Virus record (IMG/VR): IMGVR_UViG_3300009184_000006
Span: 1 to 55,553 of that record
DNA length: 55,553 bases
Reading direction: 5' to 3' (one strand)
Origin: a virus
Taxonomy: Duplodnaviria > Caudoviricetes
Position 1 is the stretch's first letter. Every line of letters starts with the position of its first letter. A program made the position numbers and the translations under genes. The notes under the pieces were generated by a model. The model did not search any database and was not told where the DNA came from. It worked only from the letters and a program-made list of their open reading frames with translations. Below are positions 32,994 to 42,900 of this stretch, one piece after another.

Positions 32994-34518
32994 CGACTTT
33001 TACCTCATGATCTTCGGTGATTGGGGCATACCATACATTGAGCGTTTTGCCGCCCGGGATTCGCATCTTGTCGTGATCCGCGCCACAGTCGCGCCGGAGG
33101 GTGGTCCACAGATCCATCCCGGTCTGCGCTTCGGCCTTGTTGCGCTTGAGGTACTCGCTGAACGCTGTGCCTCTAAACACTATACAGCGCACGCCGTTGA
33201 TGACTTGCACCACCGGAATGTTGCGGGTGAGCGCCTTGCGATCCTCGATGTTGGAACCATCGCTCGACAGGTCGGCCTTTTGCACGAACTCGTGGAACTT
33301 GGACACGATCACCCCCGCAGCGGACGCCTCTTTCGGCACTTCGATCACGCGCAGCGTTGAGATCAGCGGGTCCAACACCCTCTTGCGCCACGATTCCTGA
33401 GTGATCTTGGGAATGTTGAGCTTGAGCTTTTCGAATATCAGTGTACCCATTGCAGCCGGGTCGCGCAGCACCACCGTGGGAATGTTTGCGATCAGCTTGC
33501 TGTTGACATGGATGCCCCAGCGGGGTGGCTCCGATTGGTACTCGATAAGCTCCGTGAACTGCGGGAGCGAGTCGTGTGCATCCAGATCTTTCATCTCGTC
33601 CATCGAGATCCCGAACTCACGGGTGATACACACTTTGCGATCGCACAGGTCTTTGCATGGAGCCTCGGCGCACTTGTACAGGTAGTCACGCCTCGACGCC
33701 GACCTAATCACCTTTTTGGCCTCGGATGGCCCCAGTGGCTTATCGAACATCGTCTTGTTCAGCGCCATCGCATCATCGAAGAACGTGTCGGGGCGTGCTC
33801 GCTTGAGGTAGACGGTCACGTTGTACATGGCCTCATTTCGCGCTCCGGATTCCACACCCGAGTGAATCATCTTTTGAATGCACGGCGGTGCTTCCAAATG
33901 CTCACGCTGGGATAGCTCAGTCAGCTCCGCGACCGTGATCCGCTTGGACTGGGCGTGCTGCACGAACAGCTCGAAGGACATCGGCTTGCCATCATCATCG
34001 AACGCGTACCGGGCGGTCTTGTCGGCGTCGAAGTATCCGAGGTTGATCCAGTTGCCCAGTGCCTTTTCGCCACCACTGGTCACCAGCGAGTCCTGCTTCG
34101 GGAAGATCTCAGTCTTGTACTGGATCTCCAGCATGTCGCGCCAGCTGGTTAGTATACGTTGGACTTGCTTGGCCGGGAGATACTCTTGACCGAACAGATA
34201 AAGATGCGCTCCTCCTCGCTTAGTCCGACACATAACAAGCGGTAGGCGGTATTCTCGGATGCGATCAGCAATGGCTCGGAAATCAATGTCTTCCGGAGTG
34301 TCATGCTTATCAACGTCAATAGCACCAAAAAGACAAGTACCCCCGTCAGTAATAGGCACGATGCCCAGACCCATTTTGCCATTGATATGATTTTCATAGT
34401 CCTCTATCCTTACTTCACCTTTTTCGGTGATCATGCTACCACTTGCTGGGTCCCACTGCCCGTAACTTCGTAAGTTACCGGAGAAGAGGCCAGCAAAGTC
34501 TTTCACTAGACTTGTCAT
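32965..34518 (-). CDS. Archaeo-eukaryotic primase (AEP) with PriCT-like domain
   Basis: GAIDVD, RTKRGGAHLYLF, APPC...GARNEAMY, C-terminal Cys cluster; no NTPase motif. Confidence 0.8.
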   Translation of the reverse strand: MTSLVKDFAGLFSGNLRSYGQWDPASGSMITEKGEVRIEDYENHINGKMGLGIVPITDGGTCLFGAIDVDKHDTPEDIDFRAIADRIREYRLPLVMCRTKRGGAHLYLFGQEYLPAKQVQRILTSWRDMLEIQYKTEIFPKQDSLVTSGGEKALGNWINLGYFDADKTARYAFDDDGKPMSFELFVQHAQSKRITVAELTELSQREHLEAPPCIQKMIHSGVESGARNEAMYNVTVYLKRARPDTFFDDAMALNKTMFDKPLGPSEAKKVIRSASRRDYLYKCAEAPCKDLCDRKVCITREFGISMDEMKDLDAHDSLPQFTELIEYQSEPPRWGIHVNSKLIANIPTVVLRDPAAMGTLIFEKLKLNIPKITQESWRKRVLDPLISTLRVIEVPKEASAAGVIVSKFHEFVQKADLSSDGSNIEDRKALTRNIPVVQVINGVRCIVFRGTAFSEYLKRNKAEAQTGMDLWTTLRRDCGADHDKMRIPGGKTLNVWYAPITEDHEVKVDEPKFESEF

Positions 34519-34544
34519 CGTTTACCCCTATACCTCTATGATTA

Positions 34545-34573
34545 TTGACACCACTTCCGTGGGCTGATAGAAT
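34545..34573 (+). promoter_or_regulatory. Plus-strand sigma70 promoter pointing into element B
   Basis: TTGACA-17-TAGAAT; no credible plus-strand gene downstream. Confidence 0.65.
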
Positions 34574-34600
34574 TATAACATCTCGCCATCGGAACATCAA
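34572..34600 (-). promoter_or_regulatory. Sigma70-like promoter for the primase operon
   Basis: TTGATG-17-TATAAT with extended -10. Confidence 0.65.
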
Positions 34601-34609
34601 CCCTCACCG

Positions 34610-34890
34610 TTTGTTCCACCGTTCCATAGCAATGGAACACATGATGGAACACCCTCTCCCATTCGACAGACAGGACATCTGTTCCACCGTTCCATGCGCA
34701 CGCGGGGGAATTCTTGTCGCAGCTCGTTGACAGAACCTCGACCGGATATGGAACAGATGGAACAATGGAACAGAACCACTCAGAGTCCCGACCGACGCGG
34801 CCTCTCGGCCTGTTAACTGTTCCAGACGCCGTTCCATTATTATGGAACAGATAGACTATCTTGGGGTTCTCTCGTGCATGCGCATGTAAG
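34610..34890. repeat. Element B: non-coding TGGAAC/GTTCCA repeat cluster; candidate replication origin or ncRNA
   Basis: 12 motif copies; dyads at 34621-34638 and 34831-34848; colinear with the reverse complement of element A. Confidence 0.85.
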
Positions 34891-34958
34891 CTCTGTGTAA
34901 GCGAATCGGACGAGAGCCTCACGGAGACCCTTAGAGGGGGTGGGAGCTACTTAGATAG

Positions 34959-36998
34959 CTACTGAGGCGTTCCGAGGCCGGGAGAAGGCTGCGGGGGCGG
35001 TGGAACGGGCATCTCCAAGTGCTGGGGAGTCAGCGTGTCCTCGGGGTACTGCTCCGGAGTGCCTCGCTTACCGGCCAAGCCGCCCAGATTAGCCGCTCCA
35101 ACATTAGCGGCGGTGGAAGCTTGCATCAACATCTGCTCTTGTGCCTTCAAGCTCTGCATGATACTATCCATCACTGGGTTAACCCCAGTGGCGGGGGTCA
35201 GGAGCTTTTGCTGAACGGGTGTGGATACGCGGGGTCCCATACCTGTCAGGCGAGGCACGGCGGCTTGGGTAGCCTCGATCGCAGCGCCGAGCGGGTTGCC
35301 CTGCACCAGCCGGGTAGCAGCGCCCACACCGGAAGCGCCCGAATCGAGGTCCACGTCCTGCGCGGTCTTGCGAAACCCAGTCTTTTCGGTAGTGAGCATT
35401 CGCTGCTCTTCGGTCAACCGGCGCTTGAATTGATCGAAAGCGTCATCATCGCGGAAAGCACGACGGATTTTTTGCTCCATGTCGCGTCCCAGCACCGTCT
35501 TCATAGGATCGGCGGTAGGTCCGGCAACCCGAAGCTTCTCCAGCATGCTTTGGGCTATACCGGCACGGAAGGCGTCGAACTCGGACGGATTGTCCTTGAA
35601 TCGATCGATCAGCTTGCGCATATCCATCTCGGGCAGCTGGTAAATCTTGCGACCCTCTTCCATCGCGGTGAGCATCTCCGAATCCCCGGCGTAGGCGAGG
35701 CGTGCGGTCTTGTACTCCGGCGCAGCTTTCTCCATGTCTTTGAGCAGCCGCTCTTTCATGCTCATCAGCGTGCTGGCTTGGCCACCTTTACCCTGACGAA
35801 TGGATTCCGAGATCATGTCGTCCAGCGCGATTTTTGTCTCGTGCAATCCACGGAGAGTGTTCTTCGGATCGGTGATATCGAGTCCGGCGTCGGCCATCCG
35901 TTTCGCACCCGCTTTCATCGCATCTTTGAATGACGGAAGGTTACGAAGCCGCTCGATGTCCGGCGCGGTCTTGGAGCTAAATCGCGCGTTCGAATCCCAA
36001 GCTGCTTGGTACAACGAATCGGCGTCTGCTGAGCGCTTCTTGATCAGGTCTTGTACATCGGTGTAAAAATCCTTGGACCCCGACATTAGTGTGCGCATAT
36101 CCTCACTCACCCGTGGGATTCGCTCCAACTCGCGGGTAGCCAGCGTATCTTTTGCTTCTCGGCGTGCAGCTCCGGGCGCAGCGGTCGCTTTACGCAGCAA
36201 TGCAGCGGTGTTCTCGCCAAGATCCGCTAGAGTGATCTCGCCCCTTGCTGCCGCTTGCATCTTCATCAACGCTTGTTCCGGCGTTAACCCATCTTTTTGC
36301 AGCGCTTTCGCGATAACCACGTCGGCCATCTTGTTAGCGTCGCCGAACCCCATCGCGGATTTGAGTTTGCCGAACGCTGGCATCACCACGTATTTCCCCA
36401 GAGCACCTGTGGCCCCGGTGAGTGCAGCACCGGAAGCTGCCCCTTTAAACGCTTCCGCAGGAAGCTCCGTCAGCGGCTTTTCGCTTGTACCCACGGCACT
36501 GGTAGCGCCGGATGCTGCACCATAGCCCATCATCCGAGCCACGGAAGGGGCTTTGCCAGCCAAGAATCCAGCGACCTTCGGACCCACTGATCGGGCGACT
36601 GCCGGGATCGCTCCAGCACCACCAGTGAGCAGCGCGGGGGCCACGCCACCCAGCAATTCCCCGGCGGTGGACGCTATGGGACTGTCCTCCGAATATTTGC
36701 GTTGCCCTTCGCGTTCCGCTTTCACGTAGTCTTCGTACGAGTGCTTCCCACCCATTGCACGCATTCGGGCAATAGCCTCATCCGAGAACCCCATGGTTAA
36801 GCCCTGCAAAGCAGCACCGCCGAACCCATCGAGGAGCGCGGAAGGGCGGGGTCCAGCCGGAGCTGGTCTGGGTGAACCGGGTGCGGAAGTGGGTGCGCTG
36901 CCACCAGTTTTACCTATTTCGAACTTGCGAATCTGCGCCTCATTCATTGAATCCGGGAATTCGTAGATAACGCCATTGATGATTCGTTCTTTAGTCAT
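34959..36998 (-). CDS. Putative DNA ejection/internal virion protein
   Basis: 679 aa; Ala/Gly-rich, QGLTMGFSDE motif; last gene of the ejection cluster. Confidence 0.7.
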   Translation of the reverse strand: MTKERIINGVIYEFPDSMNEAQIRKFEIGKTGGSAPTSAPGSPRPAPAGPRPSALLDGFGGAALQGLTMGFSDEAIARMRAMGGKHSYEDYVKAEREGQRKYSEDSPIASTAGELLGGVAPALLTGGAGAIPAVARSVGPKVAGFLAGKAPSVARMMGYGAASGATSAVGTSEKPLTELPAEAFKGAASGAALTGATGALGKYVVMPAFGKLKSAMGFGDANKMADVVIAKALQKDGLTPEQALMKMQAAARGEITLADLGENTAALLRKATAAPGAARREAKDTLATRELERIPRVSEDMRTLMSGSKDFYTDVQDLIKKRSADADSLYQAAWDSNARFSSKTAPDIERLRNLPSFKDAMKAGAKRMADAGLDITDPKNTLRGLHETKIALDDMISESIRQGKGGQASTLMSMKERLLKDMEKAAPEYKTARLAYAGDSEMLTAMEEGRKIYQLPEMDMRKLIDRFKDNPSEFDAFRAGIAQSMLEKLRVAGPTADPMKTVLGRDMEQKIRRAFRDDDAFDQFKRRLTEEQRMLTTEKTGFRKTAQDVDLDSGASGVGAATRLVQGNPLGAAIEATQAAVPRLTGMGPRVSTPVQQKLLTPATGVNPVMDSIMQSLKAQEQMLMQASTAANVGAANLGGLAGKRGTPEQYPEDTLTPQHLEMPVPPPPQPSPGLGTPQ

Positions 36999-38608
36999 TA
37001 TGGTCTTTCCTGCCCGTCTGCACCAACCCGCACTCGGGGCATAGTGAAGTACTGCTGATAGGTGGCTCGGTTGGGATTCAGAATAACCCTGCCTTTATCG
37101 TCTCGCGATGTGATCGGGTTCGCGTCCAAATATTTGCGCCACTGCGCTTGCGCTTCTGGGCCGATGTGGCCATTAACAGCCGCATAATTGCTGATGTACG
37201 AGTTGTAGTCGCGATCGCGCTCACGTTGGGCGAGCTGGTACTGGATGATAGTCTTGTTGGTGATTGGCTCTTTGTCGCTGCTGAACGTTCCCAGTTGCAT
37301 CATCTTAACATCAAGGTTCGATACGTTGGAGTCGCCCGGGATGCGGTTTTGCTTCGCAGCCAGCGCGGAGAGTGAGTCGAATTCATTGATCTTGGCGCGA
37401 TCACCAGAGAGCACCTTGGCCACTCCGCCGACACCGGGAAGACCATAGGTCACCCCAGTGCTGATCTCGGTGTTGAGTGACAGCGCGCGCTTCAAATTGG
37501 AGATGTCGTCCTCCAGCCCACCCACGTAAGGCGAGACTTTGTCGCGGATGTAGTGATCTGCATCCTCCGCATCTTTCTTGCGTTTTGCTGCCGCTTCGAT
37601 TTTGTTCAAACCGGCGTAGCGGTTGGTGGTCGCCAGTGGAATACCCACCTCGGTAGCCCTTGCGGCGATGGCTTGCGAATCCTGATTGCGCACGTGCTCG
37701 TCGATTTCTTGCCGGAGCCGTTTGGTCTGCGTGCGGCTCTGCTCGATGGTAGTCTCTTTCCCCTCCTGCTCCAACCGGATGTTCTTCGACACGATCGATT
37801 GCGCCCGTGCCAGATCTTTGGGATTGAGTGGGTTGCCACCGAATGAATCCAACGCTTTGGCGACTTCGGGCGACTCTTTTTTGAACACTTCGGCTTGCAA
37901 CGCTTGCTGTGCTTTCTGGAGATCGATCGGGTTCGTCAAGTCTAGATTCAAGCGCACCGCGATGTCGTTCAGCGGCTTATTCTTTTCGAACGCCTCGAAT
38001 TTTGCAGCAAACGCGGGGTCGGTGAGCGACATTCCAGAGCGAGCCGCGAACGTCTTCATCTCGGGTGTGGCTTTATCCACGGCCATCAGATCTTTAATCC
38101 GGGAGATACCCTCGGGGCTGCGCGGGTCAATGCCTTCGGACTGCACCTGCTTTTGGTACGCGGTTAGCTGCGGGGTGAGCTTCGACACCACCGAGAGACC
38201 CAGCTTGGCTGCAGCTTCTTCGTCCGACAACCCAGCACGCGCCAGCTCGTAGCGCATCTTGGCGACATCCCGAAGCCGCGATTCCTCGTCTTGCTGAGCT
38301 TTGGAGTACGCTCCGGTGGCTGCGCCCAGTGACTCACCGAAAGAACCGGTGCGCGTGGGAGCCAAAAAGCCCTGAGCGAGTGCCATCATCGAGGGGTCAG
38401 GTCCACCACGACGGTCAGTCAGTGCCTTCACCATCGCTTCGCGAGCGGCGTCGACTTCGGTCTTCGCCTTTTGGTACTCTTCTGAATCGGACCCTAGTGC
38501 TTGACGACCAAGAGCCGAAAGCGACACACTGGCGACTTTGTCCGGGTCCATCCGGAGCATCTTGGCAAGCAGTGGACTGTAGGTATCTGCAGCAGTATCT
38601 TCGGCCAT
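36998..38608 (-). CDS. Putative DNA ejection/internal virion protein
   Basis: 536 aa; helical; LAQGFLAPTRTGSFGESLG. Confidence 0.65.
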   Translation of the reverse strand: MAEDTAADTYSPLLAKMLRMDPDKVASVSLSALGRQALGSDSEEYQKAKTEVDAAREAMVKALTDRRGGPDPSMMALAQGFLAPTRTGSFGESLGAATGAYSKAQQDEESRLRDVAKMRYELARAGLSDEEAAAKLGLSVVSKLTPQLTAYQKQVQSEGIDPRSPEGISRIKDLMAVDKATPEMKTFAARSGMSLTDPAFAAKFEAFEKNKPLNDIAVRLNLDLTNPIDLQKAQQALQAEVFKKESPEVAKALDSFGGNPLNPKDLARAQSIVSKNIRLEQEGKETTIEQSRTQTKRLRQEIDEHVRNQDSQAIAARATEVGIPLATTNRYAGLNKIEAAAKRKKDAEDADHYIRDKVSPYVGGLEDDISNLKRALSLNTEISTGVTYGLPGVGGVAKVLSGDRAKINEFDSLSALAAKQNRIPGDSNVSNLDVKMMQLGTFSSDKEPITNKTIIQYQLAQRERDRDYNSYISNYAAVNGHIGPEAQAQWRKYLDANPITSRDDKGRVILNPNRATYQQYFTMPRVRVGADGQERP

Positions 38609-38611
38609 TTT

Positions 38612-39946
38612 TTACTCCTCGCCTTCGAGCATTTGCCGAATTCTTTCGGCTTCCTCTTCGTCGGCTATCCGCTGGCGCTCAGCTTTTTCCTCTTGCAGGA
38701 TTCTCTCGATTTCCTCTTGACCAGTGGTTGCTACGGGTCCGGTGTCGTCTTGAATATCCGTAGGCTCCCATATCTTAATACCGTTTTTGTCGTAAATTGC
38801 GTTAGTAGCGGGGTCGGTGTACGTCCCATCCTCGTTCATATGGTATCCGTACATCGGACTGTCGGGCAGTTTAGACTTGTCCTCGTACGTGGGCGTTGTT
38901 ATACCGGGTACATCTTTAATACCTGTGATCGCACCCAAGATTCCTTTGGACGCGATGTCAGCGTAGGTCTTGTCGCCCAACACCGTTTTGAGCACGTTAT
39001 TCACTGCGCTTGGTGAGCCACCAGCTCCGGAGGAGAACAGCGTACCCAGACCCGCGATCTGCGACAATGGCGAGTTGGCATACGCGCCGGGAATCGGAGC
39101 GTTTGCGGTTTGCGATACGGTGGTCGGCACTTTGAGGTTCGTGAACACGTTCGCAGCATTGGTGGCTTGCGTGAGTGGTGCATTGAGCCGCGCCTGTGCC
39201 AGCTTTTGCTCTTGTTCGCCAGCTCCGAAGGTGGCCTCGGTGCCCTTGAGACCTAGCGTCTGCGCGGTGGTTCCCAGTGCCCCGCTGGTCTGCGCTTCTT
39301 GCAACGCGTTCGTAAGGTCGGTCCCAGTGAGCTGGCCCATCAATTGTCCAGCTTGCAGCTGGCGCGACTTATCGGCTTGTGCTGCAGCGAGCGCGGATTG
39401 GTAGCCGCTGCTCAGAGCCTTGGACTGCGCCCCGGTAATGTCGCTCAATGCGCCTTGCAGCGTTTGCCCCATGATCTCCTCGTTACGTTTGGAGCCAAAG
39501 TCGCCAGCGGACACGGACCGTGCATTGGCCATAGGACGCAGATTTTGGCGAATGTTGAGCTGTCCCAGCCGCCCGATTTCATCCACCACCTGCTGCTGGT
39601 AGGGGTCCATATACTGACCCACAGCGGTGGGCGCGGTTTGCGCTGCCTGAGACACGTAGGGGTTCGCCGCACTCACTGCCGATAAACCGGCGGTTTTACC
39701 CAGCGCCGTCTGAGCACCTTGCATATAGGGTTGGTAAGACGTTGCAGCACCGGGCGTCGCCTCGATAGCTGCCGTTTGCAAAGGCGAGAACCCCGCCACC
39801 GCTTGCTCGGGCGTGCGTTGAAGCGCTTGCGTTCCGGTCTGTGCAAGGTCTTGTAGGTACGAGTTGTACCACGATGGGCCGCTGGTAACGTCCGTCTTGG
39901 TGGTGGTGATATTCGGCAGCGCACTGCCTTGGAACATGTCAGCCAT
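38612..39946 (-). CDS. Putative pilot/ejection protein
   Basis: Gln/Ala-rich; YMDPY..QV..., AG.FGS.R motif. Confidence 0.65.
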   Translation of the reverse strand: MADMFQGSALPNITTTKTDVTSGPSWYNSYLQDLAQTGTQALQRTPEQAVAGFSPLQTAAIEATPGAATSYQPYMQGAQTALGKTAGLSAVSAANPYVSQAAQTAPTAVGQYMDPYQQQVVDEIGRLGQLNIRQNLRPMANARSVSAGDFGSKRNEEIMGQTLQGALSDITGAQSKALSSGYQSALAAAQADKSRQLQAGQLMGQLTGTDLTNALQEAQTSGALGTTAQTLGLKGTEATFGAGEQEQKLAQARLNAPLTQATNAANVFTNLKVPTTVSQTANAPIPGAYANSPLSQIAGLGTLFSSGAGGSPSAVNNVLKTVLGDKTYADIASKGILGAITGIKDVPGITTPTYEDKSKLPDSPMYGYHMNEDGTYTDPATNAIYDKNGIKIWEPTDIQDDTGPVATTGQEEIERILQEEKAERQRIADEEEAERIRQMLEGEE

Positions 39947-42900
39947 TATTTGATACCTTTCATATACTCCAAAGGCGATTTAGCCTTGGGTGGAATTCCA
40001 TCGATTGATGCCGACCGCTTGTGCTTTCGAATGCTCTTGCGCCATTTGTCCAGAATCTCCGCTCCGCGCTTGTTGGACCCATCGCCCAACGACGCCACGA
40101 TTTCGGCGTCCAACACGTACTCGCCATCCGCGAGTTTAGCATCAATGAGGTCATCTTGTCCACCCCCTGCGCCTTGGACGTAGTGGGAGCCTTTGTGCGG
40201 CACATCACCGCCCTGCGCGGCCATGAGGGGTGAATTCATGACTTCGCCGCCTTTAGCGTACATGGTGCTCGGGTTCTTGTAGGGCTGAATGATCGAGCTG
40301 TAGCTCGGTTCGTACCCATACGAGTAATAATTTACTTCGGGCTGCAAGGACATTTCCTCCTCGCGGCGTGGTGCGGCGGCTGCGGCGAGTGGTGATGTAG
40401 AATACATATCTTCGGAATCCTCTTGTCCGGTGATGTCAAGTCCGGTAGCTTGCAATGGGTCAATGAATGTGGACGGACGTCCCAGACCACCCACCCAGCT
40501 TCCGGGTATTTTACCAAGGGTCGAACCCTGCGCTTTGTCGCTCGCCGCTGCTGCTTGGAGAGCCGACGCGGGAGAGGAGGCGCTGGGGGATGTGGAGGAT
40601 ATCGGGGCGCTGGATGAAGTCGAGGACTTTTGAGTAGGAGATACAAAGCCCGTGCTGCTGCCGGGGGTGTTGACCATCTTGAACGTCGGGACTTTGGCCC
40701 CGGGGATGTTCTTGTAGGGCGTGCTGGCGCTGGTCCCCTCGGTGTCGGATCCGAATTCGTAACCCGACGCCGCAGTGTTGAGCAGCCCGTTGTCCACCAT
40801 TTTGGTGACTTCGTCCTCGTCGAGTGCATAGGGGTCGCCATTCTCGTTCATCCCGATGCCAGTACCATCATCGTAGACGAAAACACGGTCAGTACCGACT
40901 TGCTGCCACCCTACTGGAAAGCCGCCGCGCTCTTCCATAATGCTTTTCATAGAATCGTTAAAACTATCCCAATTTGCCTCTTCGCCACCCCCAAAATTCT
41001 GAATTGGATACCCGGCAAAGTCTGGTTTTACGTCGAACGGTGACAGCTCGGGTTCGTAACTGACAAATGCATCATTACCTGTATATACACCCATATACAC
41101 GCCCTGTGAGCTGTACATGTGGTAGCTGCCATCAGGGTTAGGGACACGGTAGGAGCCGTCGCCGCTTTGGTAATCGGCCAGCTCTTTGGTCGTTACGGAT
41201 TGCTTGTTGCTCAGGTCGCCAATGTCCGGTGTGATGCTCGTCACCCACGCGTTCACGTTGGGGTCATAATAAGTCTTGCCACCACCAGATGTCTGATCAG
41301 CGGTCACCTCGTCCATCGTGGCTAATCGGGTGCCGGGTGCCGCGTAGTAGTCTTCCGATCCCACTTGACCGCCAAACATCACGGGTCCGATGTCGCGAGT
41401 GAGGGTGGGCTTATCGCTAGATTCCACATCGCGCCCCACCATCGCTTTGGCGTATTCATCCGCGAAGGCTCGGGCCTCGTCCTGCGATTTGCCTTGGCTA
41501 ATCGCGTATTTGAACGCCCGATCTTGAGCGCTGTAGTATTCCGGGTCTGTAGAACGTATCGCGTTTCGATACTCGCTCAGCGATTCTTGAGAGCCAAGCT
41601 CCGAGGTGCGCATGTCGGTGAGCTGCGCCAGATTGTCGATGCTATCGGGGTTAAGATTATACTTAGCAGCAAAGGCACGAGCCTCCTGCGCGGTGGTCCC
41701 CATTGGGTCCGCGAATTTGTCCAGTTCAGCCAACACCTCGGTTTCGGTGCGCTGTTGAATATACTTGTCGAGTTCCTCGCGGGTGGGGTCGGGTATCCCT
41801 TGAGCCAAGTATTGGGCACGCGCTTCCTCTTCGATCACTGCACGAGGGTCGGCGTAAGCGGAGATGTCGCGAGAGGTGTCGACTTCCGCTTTATTACCAA
41901 CGTAATCTTTTAATTCCTCTTCGGTCGGGATGTACCCTTCTTTCTTGAAGAATTCGGTCGCTTCATCAGCCATCGTGGCCAAGGGGTCATACTTAGCACG
42001 GAGTGCCGCAATAGTATCGGCTTCGTTGCGATTGCCCAGATATTCTTTAATCTGGTCCTGCGTCGCGCTGTAACCTTCTTTAGAAAATCCTTCTGACGCT
42101 TCGCCCGAGGTTACGGCTAAAGGGTCAAACGTGCTCTCGATCGTCTGCCCAGTCTTCTCTTGTTCATTCAGCCCGACATATTTATTAAGCTCGTCCTCGG
42201 TAGCTTCGTAGCCTTGATTAGCGAAGTATTGGCGTGCTTCGTCTTTGGTGGTCTCGTAGGGATCAATGGCTTTAGCCACCACCGCATCTACTTGGCTTTG
42301 GTAATTTACTAGATTCTTGTCGAGTTCGGTCGAAGTGTCTTTCAACGTGGCCAGTGTTTTATTATACTCGTCCTTGGTGGACACCACGTTGCTGTTCGCA
42401 TCGTCGTACGCTTTTTTGGCACTGGCCAGAACGTCTTTATTGTCTGTATAGTATTTATTTACATCATCTACAGCAGCATTGGCCAGCTTAGCCGCCTCGT
42501 TGACTTTACCCACATAAGCGTTAGCACCGGCGTTGTCGCCCTCATCCACCATCGATTGCCACGTAGCTTTTTTTGCATTGAAATCGTCAATCAGCGTTTT
42601 TTGCTTATCGAATTTTTCCCGCAACGGATTGTTAACATCGTTGAATGCTTGAATTGCCTTGGCTTCTGTCTCGCTTGCGGCCAGCATTGACTGCTCTTGG
42701 GCCTGTGCGGTCTTGTACGCTTCTTGCGCTCTAGTCGTGTACTCTTTAAGTTCGGTGTTCGCTTTTGAGCTTACGATCTCCGCCAGTGATCGAGTGAGTG
42801 ATGCTTCCAGAGCGCTTGAGACATCGCGACCACGAATCGCTGCGCTCATGCTGTAGTTAAACGCATTGGACACCAGCGTGGTGGCCGCTTTGTTCGCAGG

